Positions 10,546 to 21,244 of a stretch of DNA of 64,000 nt are shown one piece after another. The position numbers and the translations under genes are program-made. The stretch lies in NCBI GenBank assembly GCA_963834385.1, contig CAWIBO010000005.1, forward strand, positions 512,001 to 576,000. The letters are read 5' to 3'. The stretch's first letter is position 1, and each line of letters opens with the position of its first letter. The notes below the pieces were generated by a model. The model ran no database searches, had not been told where the DNA came from, and was given only the letters and a program-made list of their open reading frames with translations. This DNA comes from an uncultured Verrucomicrobiae bacterium. Its GTDB lineage: Bacteria > Verrucomicrobiota > Verrucomicrobiia > Chthoniobacterales > UBA10450.

Positions 10546-11925
10546 ATGCAAGGGAACCGCACTCCGGCCGCCGCCGCGGAGAAACATCCGCGCGGTCTTT
10601 ACGTCCTCTTTGCCACCGAGCTCTGGGAGCGGTTCAGCTACTACTCCATGCTCGCCATGTTCACGCTTTACCTGCGTGACACCACCGGGCAGGGCTTCGC
10701 CTGGTCGGTCGACCAGGCCACCGGGCTCTACTCGAACTATCTCATGTTCGTTTATCTCAGCCCGCTCATCGGCGGCTGGCTCGCGGACAAAAAACTCGGC
10801 TACCGCCGCTCGGTCATGATCGGCGGTTTCTTTTTCATGGCCGGCCACCTCCTCCTTTCCTTCAAATCGATCCCGGTCGTTTACGCCGCCCTCACCTGCC
10901 TCGTCATCGGCAACGGCTTCTTCAAGCCGAACGTCTCCACCCTCGTCGGCAACCTTTATCCCGAGGGGAGCCACCTGAAGGACCGCGCCTACAACATCTT
11001 CTATATGGGCATCAACGTCGGCGCTTTCCTCGCGCCGGTCGTCGCCACCTTTGTCCAGGGCCGGTTCGGTTATCATCCTGCTTTCGCCGTCGCCGCCGGC
11101 GGCATGGCCATCTCGGTTTTCATCCTCTGGAAATGGAAGGCGCTCATCGAAAGTGGCGAACGTTCTCCCCTGCGCTCCGCCCGCACCGCCACGGATGCCA
11201 CCGTCACCGCCACCGACGCTCCCCCCGCCGGCGTCAGTTCCCAGGACGAAACCAACCGGCGCCAGACCATGGACGCCATCCCGGAATGGAAACGAATCGG
11301 CGCCCTCATCGTCATCTACTGCATCGTCATCGTTTTCTGGATGGTCTTTCACCAGAACGGTTCCACCCTCACCTATTGGGCCGACGAGAACACGGACTGG
11401 CAGGTCAGCGGCATCATCTCCAACGCCATCAACCCCGGCTGGGTCATCATCCTCACGTTCCCGCTGGTCTGGTTTTGGCGCTGGCTTGATCGACGCGGCC
11501 TCGAGCCTTCCACCCCCACCAAGATGGTCTTCGGCATGGTCCTGACCGGCCTGGCTTTCTTCATTCTCTTTGTCGGCGCGCGGTTCGGCGAAGCCACCGT
11601 TACCGGGGCAGATCCTTACGCTTTCAAGGTCTCCCCGCTTTGGCTCCTGGCCGCTTACGGAGTCCTCACTGCCGGTGAACTGATGCTTTCGCCCATGGGC
11701 CTCTCCCTTGTTTCCAAGGTCGCGCCGGTTCGCCTGCGCGGCGTCATGATGGGCGGCTGGTTCGTCGCCACCGCCATCGGCAACAAGCTCACCCAGATCG
11801 GCGCGCTCTGGGACGACTGGCTCCATTCCACCTTCTGGCTTCTGCTCAGCGGCTGCGCTGTCTTCATGGCCTTTGTCCTTCTTTTCCTGTTGAAACCGCT
11901 CAAGCGAGCCATGCCGGGAGTTTGA
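10546..11925 (+). CDS. POT/PTR family proton-dependent oligopeptide transporter
   Basis: ELWERFSYY, GNGFFKPN, FYMGINVG and GELMLSPMG motifs. Confidence 0.92.
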   Translation: MQGNRTPAAAAEKHPRGLYVLFATELWERFSYYSMLAMFTLYLRDTTGQGFAWSVDQATGLYSNYLMFVYLSPLIGGWLADKKLGYRRSVMIGGFFFMAGHLLLSFKSIPVVYAALTCLVIGNGFFKPNVSTLVGNLYPEGSHLKDRAYNIFYMGINVGAFLAPVVATFVQGRFGYHPAFAVAAGGMAISVFILWKWKALIESGERSPLRSARTATDATVTATDAPPAGVSSQDETNRRQTMDAIPEWKRIGALIVIYCIVIVFWMVFHQNGSTLTYWADENTDWQVSGIISNAINPGWVIILTFPLVWFWRWLDRRGLEPSTPTKMVFGMVLTGLAFFILFVGARFGEATVTGADPYAFKVSPLWLLAAYGVLTAGELMLSPMGLSLVSKVAPVRLRGVMMGGWFVATAIGNKLTQIGALWDDWLHSTFWLLLSGCAVFMAFVLLFLLKPLKRAMPGV

Positions 11926-13481
11926 TCGCCTTGGCTTCTTCGACGCGTTCCGCCCACGAGACCAACCCGCTCCGGGAAGGCCTTTCCGCCCGTGCCGTCC
12001 CCGAGCCCTGCACCGTCGTCATCTTCGGCGCCACCGGCGACCTGACTCATCGCAAGCTCATCCCCGCCCTTTACAACATCGCCGCCGATGGCGAACTCCC
12101 GCCCGCCCTCGCCGTGGTCGGCTTTGCCCGCCGCGACAAGACGGACGAACAATTTCGCGAGGAACTGGCGGAAGCCGCCCGGAAACATTCGCGCCAGACC
12201 CTGCGCGACGATCTCTGGCAGAATTTCGCCCAGTCGATTTCCTATCACCGGAGCGAGTTCGGCGATCTCGAGGGCTACAAGTCCCTTGCGCAGCGCCTCG
12301 ATGAGATCGATCGCGCTCGCGACACCGGCGGCAACCGCCTCTTTTATTTCGCGGCCGCGCCCGATCAGTTCGACGACATCCTGAAGAACCTGAAGGCGGC
12401 CGGGTTGAACAAGGCCCCCGAGGGCGGCTGGGCCCGGGTCGTGATCGAGAAGCCGTTCGGGACCGATCTGCCCTCCGCCCGCACCCTCAACCGCATCGTG
12501 CGCAATTCCTTCACGGAAGAGCAGACCTACCGCATCGACCATTTCCTCGGCAAGGAAACCGCCCAGAACATCCTTGTCCTGCGCTTCGCCAACTCCATCT
12601 TCGAGGCGCTCTGGAACCATCGTTACATCGATCACGTCCAGATCACCGCCGCGGAAACTCTCGGGGTCGAGGGTCGCGCCGGCTATTACGAGAGCGCCGG
12701 CGCCCTGCGCGACATGGTCCAGAACCATCTGCTCCAGCTGCTTTGCCTTGTCGCCATGGAGCCGCCCACCGATCTCAGCGCCGACAGTATCCGCGATGAA
12801 AAGGTCAAGGTCGTGCGCTCGCTCCGGCGTTACCCGCCGGCCGAGATGGCCGCGAACGTCGTCCGCGCCCAGTACGCCAAGGGCACCATCGACGGCGAAA
12901 CCGTGGCCGGCTATCGCGAGGAGGAAAAAGTCGATCCGAAGTCGGACACGGAGACTTTTGTCGCGCTCCGCGTCCTGATCGATAACTGGCGCTGGGCCGA
13001 TGTGCCCTTTTACATCCGGGTCGGCAAGCGTTTGCCCAAGTCGGGCACGGAAATCTCCGTGCATTTCAAAAGCGCCCCCATGGTCCTCTTCAATCGCGAA
13101 TCACAGGGCCTCGACCAGAACGTGCTCGTCATCCGCATCCAGCCGGACGAGGGCGTTTCCCTGCGCATGGAGGCGAAGATGCCCGGCACCAGTCTTCGCA
13201 TCGAGCCGGTGAAGATGGATTTCCATTACGGAACCTCCTTCGGCAAAGCCAGCCCGGAAGCTTACGAACGCCTTTTGCTCGATGCCATGGCCGGCGACGC
13301 CACTCTTTTCGCCCGGCGCGATGAAGTGGAGCAGGCCTGGGCTTTCATCGATACCATCCGCGCGGCCTGGACCGACGAAAAATCGTCCCCGCCGCTCTAT
13401 CATCATTCCGCCGGGTCGTGGGGACCGGAGGAGGCCGACGACCTGCTCGCCGGCGACGGGCGCGCCTGGCGCCGCTTCTAG
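11922..13481 (+). CDS. zwf: Glucose-6-phosphate 1-dehydrogenase
   Basis: GATGDL, EKPFG, RIDHFLGKE, RDMVQNH and YERLL motifs. Confidence 0.96.
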   Translation: MIALASSTRSAHETNPLREGLSARAVPEPCTVVIFGATGDLTHRKLIPALYNIAADGELPPALAVVGFARRDKTDEQFREELAEAARKHSRQTLRDDLWQNFAQSISYHRSEFGDLEGYKSLAQRLDEIDRARDTGGNRLFYFAAAPDQFDDILKNLKAAGLNKAPEGGWARVVIEKPFGTDLPSARTLNRIVRNSFTEEQTYRIDHFLGKETAQNILVLRFANSIFEALWNHRYIDHVQITAAETLGVEGRAGYYESAGALRDMVQNHLLQLLCLVAMEPPTDLSADSIRDEKVKVVRSLRRYPPAEMAANVVRAQYAKGTIDGETVAGYREEEKVDPKSDTETFVALRVLIDNWRWADVPFYIRVGKRLPKSGTEISVHFKSAPMVLFNRESQGLDQNVLVIRIQPDEGVSLRMEAKMPGTSLRIEPVKMDFHYGTSFGKASPEAYERLLLDAMAGDATLFARRDEVEQAWAFIDTIRAAWTDEKSSPPLYHHSAGSWGPEEADDLLAGDGRAWRRF

Positions 13482-13483
13482 CC

Positions 13484-14536
13484 ATGCCGGTCTCCGCCCC
13501 GGAATTTGCCGCCGGTCTGCCGGTGGAAGTGGCGCAAATCCCCCGCGCCCTCAAGAAACTCTGGGAGGAAAGCGACGGGGCCATGACCCGCGCCTCGCTG
13601 ATCAATCTTGCCGTTTACAGCGCCAAACCGGATGCGCTCGACCGCAACACGGCGCTCATGTCGGAGATCACGCAGGAACATGCCTGCCGCGCCATTGTCA
13701 TCGGGGCCCGGCCCTCCGCCGAGCAGAGCCGCGTCTCGGCCTGGATCACCGCGCATTGCCACGTCACCAAGGCCGGCCGCAAACAAGTCTGCTCGGAGCA
13801 GCTCACCTTTCTGCTCGAGGGCGATTCGACGGCTCTGCTCCCGAACATTCTCTATTCGCATCTCGATTCGGATCTCCCGCTTCATCTCTGGTGGCAGGAT
13901 GAATTCCCGTCGGAGATCGAACCGCAGCTCTGGGCCTGGGTCGATCGTCTCATCTTCGACAGCCGGGCCTGGCCCGATTTTCATGCGCAAATGTCCCTGG
14001 TTCGCCAGGCGCAGGAGGAGGCGAAACAACGCGTCACCCTCTGCGATCTCAACTGGGCCCGTCTCCTCCAGTGGCGCGTCGCCGTGGCGCAATTTTTCGA
14101 TCATCCGCTTTCGCGCCATCACCTCGCCCGGATCAGCCGCCTCGAGATCGATCACGCCCCGGGCTGCCGCTCCACCGCCCTTCTTCTCGCCGGCTGGTTC
14201 GCTCGTCAGCTCGATTGGCGGGTCAACGAATCTTCGCCGTCACTCGTCCTGCGCAAGGAATCGGGCGACCGGGTCCAGATCACCCTGGCCGAGAAGAAGG
14301 GTGAGCCGGTCAGCCGCTGCCTCCTCGCGGGCGAGGCGATGGAGTTTCGGGTGCAGCATCGCGCTTCCACCGATCTGCTCGAGGTCAGCTGTGGTTCGCC
14401 CGGGAAGGCCTGCGATCATCAGCTCATGCCGGCCGGGGCCACGGACGATGTCGGCCTGATGCGGGCGGAACTGATGCGCGGTGGACCGCACCACGTTTAT
14501 CTCCGCGCGGTCGAGCGGATCAGCCCTCTGCTCTAG
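13484..14536 (+). CDS. opcA: G6PD assembly/activator protein OpcA
   Basis: Directly after zwf; DLP..LWW, DRLIFDS and DLNWARL..WR motifs. Confidence 0.85.
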   Translation: MPVSAPEFAAGLPVEVAQIPRALKKLWEESDGAMTRASLINLAVYSAKPDALDRNTALMSEITQEHACRAIVIGARPSAEQSRVSAWITAHCHVTKAGRKQVCSEQLTFLLEGDSTALLPNILYSHLDSDLPLHLWWQDEFPSEIEPQLWAWVDRLIFDSRAWPDFHAQMSLVRQAQEEAKQRVTLCDLNWARLLQWRVAVAQFFDHPLSRHHLARISRLEIDHAPGCRSTALLLAGWFARQLDWRVNESSPSLVLRKESGDRVQITLAEKKGEPVSRCLLAGEAMEFRVQHRASTDLLEVSCGSPGKACDHQLMPAGATDDVGLMRAELMRGGPHHVYLRAVERISPLL

Positions 14537-15198
14537 CTCTCGACTGCCGCCGAACCGGGTTCCGTCCCGGTCGGGTCGGGTTTCGCGCCAACCTGGCGGG
14601 TCCCGAACACGTAATCCCAGATCGGCGAACTCACCCCGTACCCCGCCTGGTCATCCTGGTAATGGTGCCGCAGATGATACCGCTTCAACTGCGCTCCGAT
14701 CCAGCCCCGCATCGCGAAATGGTGCGTGGCATAATGAATCATGTCGTAGGCCAGGTAACCGGACCCGAACCCGGCGAAGACCGCCGGATACCAGCCACCG
14801 AAGATCAGCCAGAAAACGCCGCCAAAAGCAAAGGCCAGCGGAATGCTCACGCCCGGCGGCATCACCAGCCGGGTCGCGTCGTTCGGGTAATCATGGTGCA
14901 CCCCGTGAATGATGAAATGCAGCTTCTTCCCGATCCCCGTCTTCGGCTCATAATGAAAAGCCCACCGATGGATGATGTACTCGAGCAGGGTCCAGAAGAG
15001 CACCCCGAGGGCGAACAGGGCCGCCACGGCCAGGACCGGCTGTTCCCGCACCCAGACGGCCAGGTAAAGAAAGAAACCAATCGCCGGCAGGTAGATGATC
15101 AGCGGCACCGACGGATGCACATGCGAGCAAAATTCCAGGAACGGGTTCTGGAACATGCGCACGCTCTCGTTGGCGTTGGAAACATAGCGGCGACCCAT
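14533..15198 (-). CDS. Fatty acid hydroxylase / sterol desaturase family
   Basis: EY.IHRW.FH, HGVHHDYP, HYATHH and HLRHH His boxes. Confidence 0.9.
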   Translation of the reverse strand: MGRRYVSNANESVRMFQNPFLEFCSHVHPSVPLIIYLPAIGFFLYLAVWVREQPVLAVAALFALGVLFWTLLEYIIHRWAFHYEPKTGIGKKLHFIIHGVHHDYPNDATRLVMPPGVSIPLAFAFGGVFWLIFGGWYPAVFAGFGSGYLAYDMIHYATHHFAMRGWIGAQLKRYHLRHHYQDDQAGYGVSSPIWDYVFGTRQVGAKPDPTGTEPGSAAVES

Positions 15199-15230
15199 TC
15201 CTCCTCCTTTATGCGATTTCCCGGCGAATT

Positions 15231-16403
15231 TCAATCACCCAGCAGGATGCCACGCAGGTCGGCCACCGTGGCCGCAAGGTTAAACCGCTCCCGCGCCATC
15301 GCCCGCCCTCTCTCTCCGCAGGTTTGCGCCCAGCGCGCATCCGACAGCAACAGGTCCAGGCCCCGCGCCAGGCCCGCCACGTCGCCGGGGTCCGCCAGAT
15401 GGCCGGTGCGCCCCTCCTCCACCATCTCCGGGATTCCACCCAGCCGTGTCGAAACCACCGGCACACCCGCCGCCATCGCTTCCATGATCACGGTCGGCAG
15501 CACATCCATCCCGCCCGAGGCGTCCCGCTTGCAGGCGAGGACGAACGCCGTCGCTTTTCGCAAACGCTCTGTCACCGCCTCCCCGCTCAGCGGCCCGGGC
15601 AGGCTCACGACATCTCGCAACGCCTGCGCCTGCACTGCATCCTGGAGCCATCCCCGCAGCGGACCGTCTCCCACGATCTCGCACCGGAACTGAAACCCGC
15701 GCGCCACCAGCACCGCGCACGCCGCGATCAGGTCGTCGAACCCTTTCTTCGCGATCAATCGCCCCACGGAAAGAATCAGGGGCGGCGCTTCCGGCTCCCG
15801 CGTCGAGGTGACCGGCTCCAGCCCGTTGTAAACCCGGTGCACCCGGCCGGCCGCCGCCGGAAAAATCTCCCGCAGATGGCCGGCCGAGAAATCGCTCACC
15901 GCCACCACCGCGACCGCTTCCGCCATCAGCTCCGGCAGCCCGATCTCATGTTTGCCGGGCAACAGAAAATCGTTGGCGTGCGCGGTGAAACTGAAAGGCG
16001 CCCCGGTGAATCGCCCCAGCCAGAGAGCGGTCCGCGCCGCCATCCCGGCAAAGTGGGCGTGCACCCGCTCCACCGGCCCCTGCAGGGCGATCCAGGCCGC
16101 CTGATAAAGCCGCAGGAAATCCGGGCGCCGGTCCCAGGAAGCCAGCGCTTCCGCTGCCGCCACCGGCAGCCGGCCCTCCCGGCCCGCCTTTTCCACCGTC
16201 TCGATCAGCTCTTCTTCCCCCGGCAGATACACCACCTTCCCTAAAACCTCCTCGTCCCATCGGCTCCCCGGGATTTCCTCCGCCTCGCGGATGGAAAAGA
16301 TTCGCAGCGGGACGCCTTGCCGCGCCATTTCCGCCACTTCCCGGTAACAAAAGGTCTGGGTATACGACGGAAACCGCTCAAAGAGGTAGACCAGTCCCGG
16401 CAT
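15231..16403 (-). CDS. Glycosyltransferase family 4
   Basis: VGRLIAKKG and P.VIMEAMAAGVPVVST..GGIPE motifs. Confidence 0.9.
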   Translation of the reverse strand: MPGLVYLFERFPSYTQTFCYREVAEMARQGVPLRIFSIREAEEIPGSRWDEEVLGKVVYLPGEEELIETVEKAGREGRLPVAAAEALASWDRRPDFLRLYQAAWIALQGPVERVHAHFAGMAARTALWLGRFTGAPFSFTAHANDFLLPGKHEIGLPELMAEAVAVVAVSDFSAGHLREIFPAAAGRVHRVYNGLEPVTSTREPEAPPLILSVGRLIAKKGFDDLIAACAVLVARGFQFRCEIVGDGPLRGWLQDAVQAQALRDVVSLPGPLSGEAVTERLRKATAFVLACKRDASGGMDVLPTVIMEAMAAGVPVVSTRLGGIPEMVEEGRTGHLADPGDVAGLARGLDLLLSDARWAQTCGERGRAMARERFNLAATVADLRGILLGD

Positions 16404-16476
16404 CAGCGCATCATGCACGGCTGGGGCCGGTTGAAAAGGCCCGGCAGCCCGCACAACTCCTGCTCTAACAGGGCGG

Positions 16477-17511
16477 GTGAACAGCGACTTCTTCGCTTTC
16501 TGCACCGCTCTTTCCCTCCCGGAACGCCGGGCCATGGGCCAGCTTTCCCATGTCCGCCACGTCGCCCCGGGCGAAACGGTCATCCTGGCGGGCGAAAGCG
16601 TTAGCGTCCTCTACGTCGTGAACCGCGGCGTTCTCGAGGTGATGCCGGATCCGGGCGCCGCTCCCGCTGCCGCGGTTTACCTTTCCCGCGGCGATGTGGC
16701 CGGGGCCGTGGAAGCTCTTACCGGCACCAACGCCACCTTTTCGGTCTGCGCCCGCGAAGCCGCCAGTTTGCAATGCGTCGAGGCCAAAAACTTCGATGAG
16801 CTCACCCGCCGGGTCCCTTCCTTCTTCCGTTTCATCGCCGAACGCCTCGCCACCCGCGCCGCCCGTTACCCGGCCGCCCCGCCCCAGCACGCGCTCGAGC
16901 TTTCGGGCACTTTCCTGAACTTCGACCTGATCACCATCTTCCAGACCATCACCAGCACCACCCGCACGGGCGAGCTGCTCCTGGCCGACCCGGAAAAGAA
17001 AGCCATCGGCGCCTTCTTTTTCGATCATGGCCGCCTCCGCGCCGGCTGGTTCCAGCATCTCCTCGGCGACGAGGCCTTCTCGCAGCTTTTCCTCGCCGAC
17101 ATCACTTCGGCCAGCTTCTCTTTCTCTTCGGAAAACAAGGCTCCCGCCTATCTCATCAACGGCGTCGTCCGCAGCCACAACGACGCTTCCCTGATCAACG
17201 CCCTGCGCGCCCGCGACGAGTTCGAGTCTCTCCTCCACCAGATGAGCGATTCGTCCGCCGTTCTCCGGTGTCACGACGCGGTCTTCGAGCTTTCGCCCAC
17301 GATCGACCCCACCATCCAGCACGTCGCCCGCAGCATCTGGGATGTGGCCGGGCGCGAGCCCACCCGGCTTCGCGATCTTTACGCCCTTTGCTTTGTCTGC
17401 GAACTCAAGGTCTATCAGGCCGTGCAGGAACTCGTCTCCGCCGACCTTGTCACCCTCCAGGCCGATCAGGTAAACAATCCTGCACCACTCACCCGCTCCG
17501 CCGCCGCATGA
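16477..17511 (+). CDS. Cyclic-nucleotide-binding domain plus DUF4388-like domain protein
   Basis: N-terminal cNMP-like fold (LYVVNRG.LEV, GDV.G); LSG....FDL..IFQ.I....RTGEL pattern. Confidence 0.6.
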   Translation: MNSDFFAFCTALSLPERRAMGQLSHVRHVAPGETVILAGESVSVLYVVNRGVLEVMPDPGAAPAAAVYLSRGDVAGAVEALTGTNATFSVCAREAASLQCVEAKNFDELTRRVPSFFRFIAERLATRAARYPAAPPQHALELSGTFLNFDLITIFQTITSTTRTGELLLADPEKKAIGAFFFDHGRLRAGWFQHLLGDEAFSQLFLADITSASFSFSSENKAPAYLINGVVRSHNDASLINALRARDEFESLLHQMSDSSAVLRCHDAVFELSPTIDPTIQHVARSIWDVAGREPTRLRDLYALCFVCELKVYQAVQELVSADLVTLQADQVNNPAPLTRSAAA

Positions 17512-17717
17512 AAACATCTCTTCTTCTCCTCGTCGCCTTCGCCGTCACCGGCTGTTCCTCCTTCAGCAAAAACGCCCGGCAACAGCGCGCCTACGAAAAA
17601 TACATTCGCAAATCGAGCGTCCAACGGGAACGCCAGCGCACCCTCATGAAACCGATGCGCGTCCCCCCGAATCCTTCGGCTGATTCCCCTGAATCAGTCA
17701 CCACGACCGACGAATAG
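17508..17717 (+). CDS. Small lipoprotein
   Basis: MKTSLLLLVAFAVTGC lipobox; ATGA overlap with the upstream stop. Confidence 0.65.
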   Translation: MKTSLLLLVAFAVTGCSSFSKNARQQRAYEKYIRKSSVQRERQRTLMKPMRVPPNPSADSPESVTTTDE

Positions 17718-17722
17718 CTTCG

Positions 17723-18115
17723 TCAGGCCGCCGGCCGCTGCACCGGGATCGGGTTCCCCTGCGCATCCACCGCCACGTAGGTAAAGACGCCGTGGGTCAC
17801 CCGGATCCTCTGGCCCAGCATGTAACGGTGGACCCACACATCCACCGGGATGGTCATCGAGGTCGTCCCGATCCGTTCCACCCAGGCATAGCAATCCACC
17901 GTGTCCCCCACCCGCACCGGCTGGAGAAACGACATCCCTTTCATCGCCACGGTTACCACCCGCGCCTTGGCGGTTTTCGCCGCCAGGATCGCGCTCCCCA
18001 GGTCCATTTGCGACATGAGCCAGCCGCCAAAGATGTCGCCGTTCGGGTTGGTGTCCTTCGGCATCGCGATCGTCCGGATCACCAGTTCCCCGCGCAACTC
18101 TTCCGGGTTCTCCAT
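17723..18115 (-). CDS. Acyl-CoA thioesterase (YciA/hotdog fold)
   Basis: AMPKDTNPNGDIFGGWLMSQMD motif. Confidence 0.9.
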   Translation of the reverse strand: MENPEELRGELVIRTIAMPKDTNPNGDIFGGWLMSQMDLGSAILAAKTAKARVVTVAMKGMSFLQPVRVGDTVDCYAWVERIGTTSMTIPVDVWVHRYMLGQRIRVTHGVFTYVAVDAQGNPIPVQRPAA

Positions 18116-18137
18116 GGCGCGACCGTAACACAACCGC

Positions 18138-19119
18138 CTACAAAATCAGCATGCAGTCGCCGTAACTGAAGAACCGGTAACGTTCCCGCACCGCCTCCTC
18201 GTAGGCCCGCAGGATGAACTCCCGCCCCGCCAGCGCGCTCACCAGCATCAGCAGGGTCGATCCCGGCAGATGAAAATTCGTCAGGAGCATGTCCACCGCC
18301 CGGAACTCGTGCGGCGGCCGGATGAAAATGCTCGTCTCACCTGCGCCCGCCGCGATCACCCCCCGCTCGTCCGCCACGGTCTCCAGCACACGCACCGTCG
18401 TTGTGCCAATCGCCAGGATTCGGCCGGCCGCGTTGATCGCTTCGGCGGTCTCCTCGGAAACCAGAAAACGCTCTGCGTGCATCCGGTGATCCGCGATCCG
18501 CTCGGATTGCACCGGCCGGAACGTCCCCGTCCCCACGTGCAGGGTCAGGAACGCGTGCGGCAACCGTTGCAGCAGAGCCGGCGTGAAATGCAGCCCGGCC
18601 GTCGGCGCGGCCACCGCGCCGGGCGCCCGGGCAAACGTGGTCTGGTAACGTTCGCGGTCGGCCGGTTCCGCCGCTCGCCCAAGGTAAGGCGGCAGCGGGA
18701 TCGCGCCGGTCTCGAAGAAATCCGCCGCAGGCTCGGCCGTGACGATCCGTTCCCCCTCGTCGCAGACGCTTTCCACGCGGAGTTCCACCCCGGCCACCCG
18801 CGTTCTCATCCCCGGCTTCATCCTCCGTCCCGGTCGCACCATGCATTTCCAGCGGCCCGGCTCGAGGCGTTCCAGGAAAAGAAACTCGATCCGCCCGTCC
18901 TCGGAGAAATGTCGCGACGGCAGCACCCGGGTGTCGTTCAGCACCAGCAGGTCGCCCGGGTGCACAAATTCCGGCAGCTCCGCGAACCGCCGATGCTCGA
19001 TCCGCTCCTCCGCCCGGTGCAACACCATCATCCTCGCCGCGTCCCGCTCGGCCGGCGGATGCCGTCGCCACCAGTTCTTCCGGCAGCTCATACTCGTAGT
19101 CGGAGAGTCGATCGCTCAC
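18138..19119 (-). CDS. queA: S-adenosylmethionine:tRNA ribosyltransferase-isomerase (frameshift near 19065)
   Basis: [33 protein letters not shown] and YRFFSYGD motifs. Confidence 0.95.
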
Positions 19120-19172
19120 GGGGGAGCATCAAAGGGTTTGCCGCCCCGCGCAAAAACTCTAAAACTGCGGAG

Positions 19173-19940
19173 GTGCACGATTTTTCGCCCGCTCTCGACC
19201 AGGTCCTGACCGCGCTGCGCGATCTTCGGCAGAACACCGACCACCCGCCGCGCGCCTCGCGGGCTGTTCTGGGCCGGCTCCGCGCCGGTGCCCCATCCGT
19301 CGCCACTCCCGGCGTCTCCAAGGCGGATCGGCTTGCCGCCCTGCGTAACCGGGTGAGCGGCTGTGTCCTCTGTCCGCACCTTGCCCGGAGCCGCACCCAG
19401 ACGGTCTTCGGCGTGGGCAACCCCGACGCCGAGCTCATGTTCATCGGGGAAGCGCCCGGGGCGGATGAAGACGCGCGCGGCGAACCGTTTGTCGGCCGGG
19501 CCGGCCAGCTTCTCACCAAGATCATTCAGGCCATGGGCTTCCAGCGCGAAGACGTTTTCATCGCCAACGTTTTGAAATGCCGGCCCGACACCCCCGGCGC
19601 CAGCTCGGGGAACCGGCCGCCGACCCCTGACGAGATGAAGACCTGCCTGCCGTATCTGGCCGAGCAGATCGAGATTGTCCGGCCGCGCGCCTTGGTCGCG
19701 CTTGGGGCCACCGCCGTGGAAGGATTGCTCGGGACGCGCGGGACCATGCGCGATCTGCGCGGCAAATGGCACGAGCACCAGGGCACCCCGCTCATGATCA
19801 CCTATCACCCCTCCTACCTTCTCCGGAACCAGACCCCCGCCGAAAAACGCAAGGTCTGGGAGGACATGCTCCAGGTCCTCGAGCGCCTGAACCGCCCCAT
19901 CACCGAGAAACAACGCAACTACTTCTCCGCCTCCTCGTGA
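19173..19940 (+). CDS. Uracil-DNA glycosylase family 4
   Basis: C..C..L...R, GEAPG.DED..GEPFVG, NVLKCRP and TYHPSYLL motifs. Confidence 0.92.
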   Translation: MHDFSPALDQVLTALRDLRQNTDHPPRASRAVLGRLRAGAPSVATPGVSKADRLAALRNRVSGCVLCPHLARSRTQTVFGVGNPDAELMFIGEAPGADEDARGEPFVGRAGQLLTKIIQAMGFQREDVFIANVLKCRPDTPGASSGNRPPTPDEMKTCLPYLAEQIEIVRPRALVALGATAVEGLLGTRGTMRDLRGKWHEHQGTPLMITYHPSYLLRNQTPAEKRKVWEDMLQVLERLNRPITEKQRNYFSASS

Positions 19941-19961
19941 GCCAGGCGAACGCGCCCTCTC

Positions 19962-20218
19962 TCTACTCGTGCTCGTAATCGCGCCCCCCTCTTCCCCGGG
20001 GCGGATGTGAACGGTGATCAGTGATCGGTAATCAGTTCCCCCCCACGATTCACGATTCACGCGCCCGCCCCTCCCCTCTCCACTTAAAGCTTAACCACTT
20101 AACACTGAAAACTTCGCAAAGCATCCCGAGCGCGCGAGGACTCCAGACAACCACGGAGCGCGGCCGTCGGACACGCCCTCGCCGACTCAAAACTTAATCA
20201 CTTAAAACTTAAATCTTT
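19962..20218. repeat. Composite simple-repeat spacer, copy 1
   Basis: Ordered modules CTCGTG/CTCGTA, cttccccggggcgg, GTGA(A/T)C(G/A) x4, CACGATT x2-3, CACTTAA tract, degenerate catcc.gagcgc..gagga unit, second CACTTAA tract. Confidence 0.85.
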
Positions 20219-20227
20219 CCGGCCGCA

Positions 20228-20560
20228 TCAATGCATCTGCAGCCGAAGAGTTTCAGCAATCTTGCGTGCTATGGCTACCCGCCGCGGCGCGGTCACCTTG
20301 CCGCGCCGCTCTCCAAATCCTGATTTCGGCAGCAGATACATCACGTCGCAGCGGACTGCGGTCTTCCAATCGAGACCATCGGCACCATTGAGGATCACTT
20401 CGTTCTTTTTCGCTTCGCGATTCACTTTCGCCGAAGTGCAGATCAGCGCATTCACATGGTCGAGATCGCCGTTTAGACAGCGTTCATCATTTGAGATGAT
20501 AACCGCGGGATGCGGCTTCTCCTCCTCGAAAGGAAAGAGATAAATCTCCCACTGCCTCAC
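20228..20560 (-). CDS. Type II toxin, PemK/MazF family
   Basis: WEIYL..F...KPHPAVIISND pattern; GTGA overlap with the antitoxin stop. Confidence 0.8.
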   Translation of the reverse strand: MRQWEIYLFPFEEEKPHPAVIISNDERCLNGDLDHVNALICTSAKVNREAKKNEVILNGADGLDWKTAVRCDVMYLLPKSGFGERRGKVTAPRRVAIARKIAETLRLQMH

Positions 20561-20799
20561 TTTACAATCTTCCGCGCTGACCGCGCGGCGAGCTTGTTCG
20601 ACTCCTTCGACTCGGACTTGCCGTAGCAATCGTCAAAATACCCATGCGGACGGATCGGCACGGGCTCAGGAATCTCCAGCCGCTTGAGGACGAGGAGCTT
20701 GGATTTGCGCACGATGACGATCTGTTCGCCTTCCAGTGCCCGGTCCGCGATTTCCCCGAGTCGTTGTTTCGCTTCGCTAATCGAAACCGTTGCCGGCAT
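20557..20799 (-). CDS. Type II antitoxin, Phd/YefM family
   Basis: VSISEAKQRLGEIADRALEGEQIVIVRK, a Phd-like N-terminus. Confidence 0.75.
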   Translation of the reverse strand: MPATVSISEAKQRLGEIADRALEGEQIVIVRKSKLLVLKRLEIPEPVPIRPHGYFDDCYGKSESKESNKLAARSARKIVK

Positions 20800-20815
20800 G
20801 GTCCATTCTGGTCCA
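20799..20815. promoter_or_regulatory. Putative TA autoregulatory operator
   Basis: Two TGGTCCA near-palindromes with 10-bp periodicity abutting the antitoxin start codon. Confidence 0.45.
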
Positions 20816-20878
20816 GTTCCAGACTAAAACAAGACTTCATTCCGTCTTCGGGAGTGCGCAAATGCTCGTGCCGGCCGC

Positions 20879-21243
20879 CCGGGGCGGCGGTGAGATCGGT
20901 GATCAGTGATCGGTAATCAGTTCCCCTCCCCACGATTCACGATTTAACGATCTAACGATTTAACGCGCCCCTTCCACTCGTGCTCGTGCTCCTACTCGTG
21001 CTCGTAATCGCGTCCCCCTCCCGTCTTCCCCGGGGCGGATGTGAACGGTGATCAGTGATCGGCAAACAGTTAATCCCTCGTTAAAGCTCAATCACTTAAC
21101 ACTTAAAACTTTCGCGAAGTCATCCTGAGCGCAGCGAAGGACCCCCCAAACAACCAACGAACCCCGCCCCAAAACTCGCCCACGGACGGCCAAACCACTT
21201 CCCCACCCACTTAAAGCTTAACACTTAACCACTTAAAACTTCC
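20879..21243. repeat. Composite simple-repeat spacer, copy 2 (with partial internal duplication 20879-20965)
   Basis: Same module order as copy 1; includes gtcatcctgagcgcagcgaaggacccc. Confidence 0.88.
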
Positions 21244-21244
21244 C

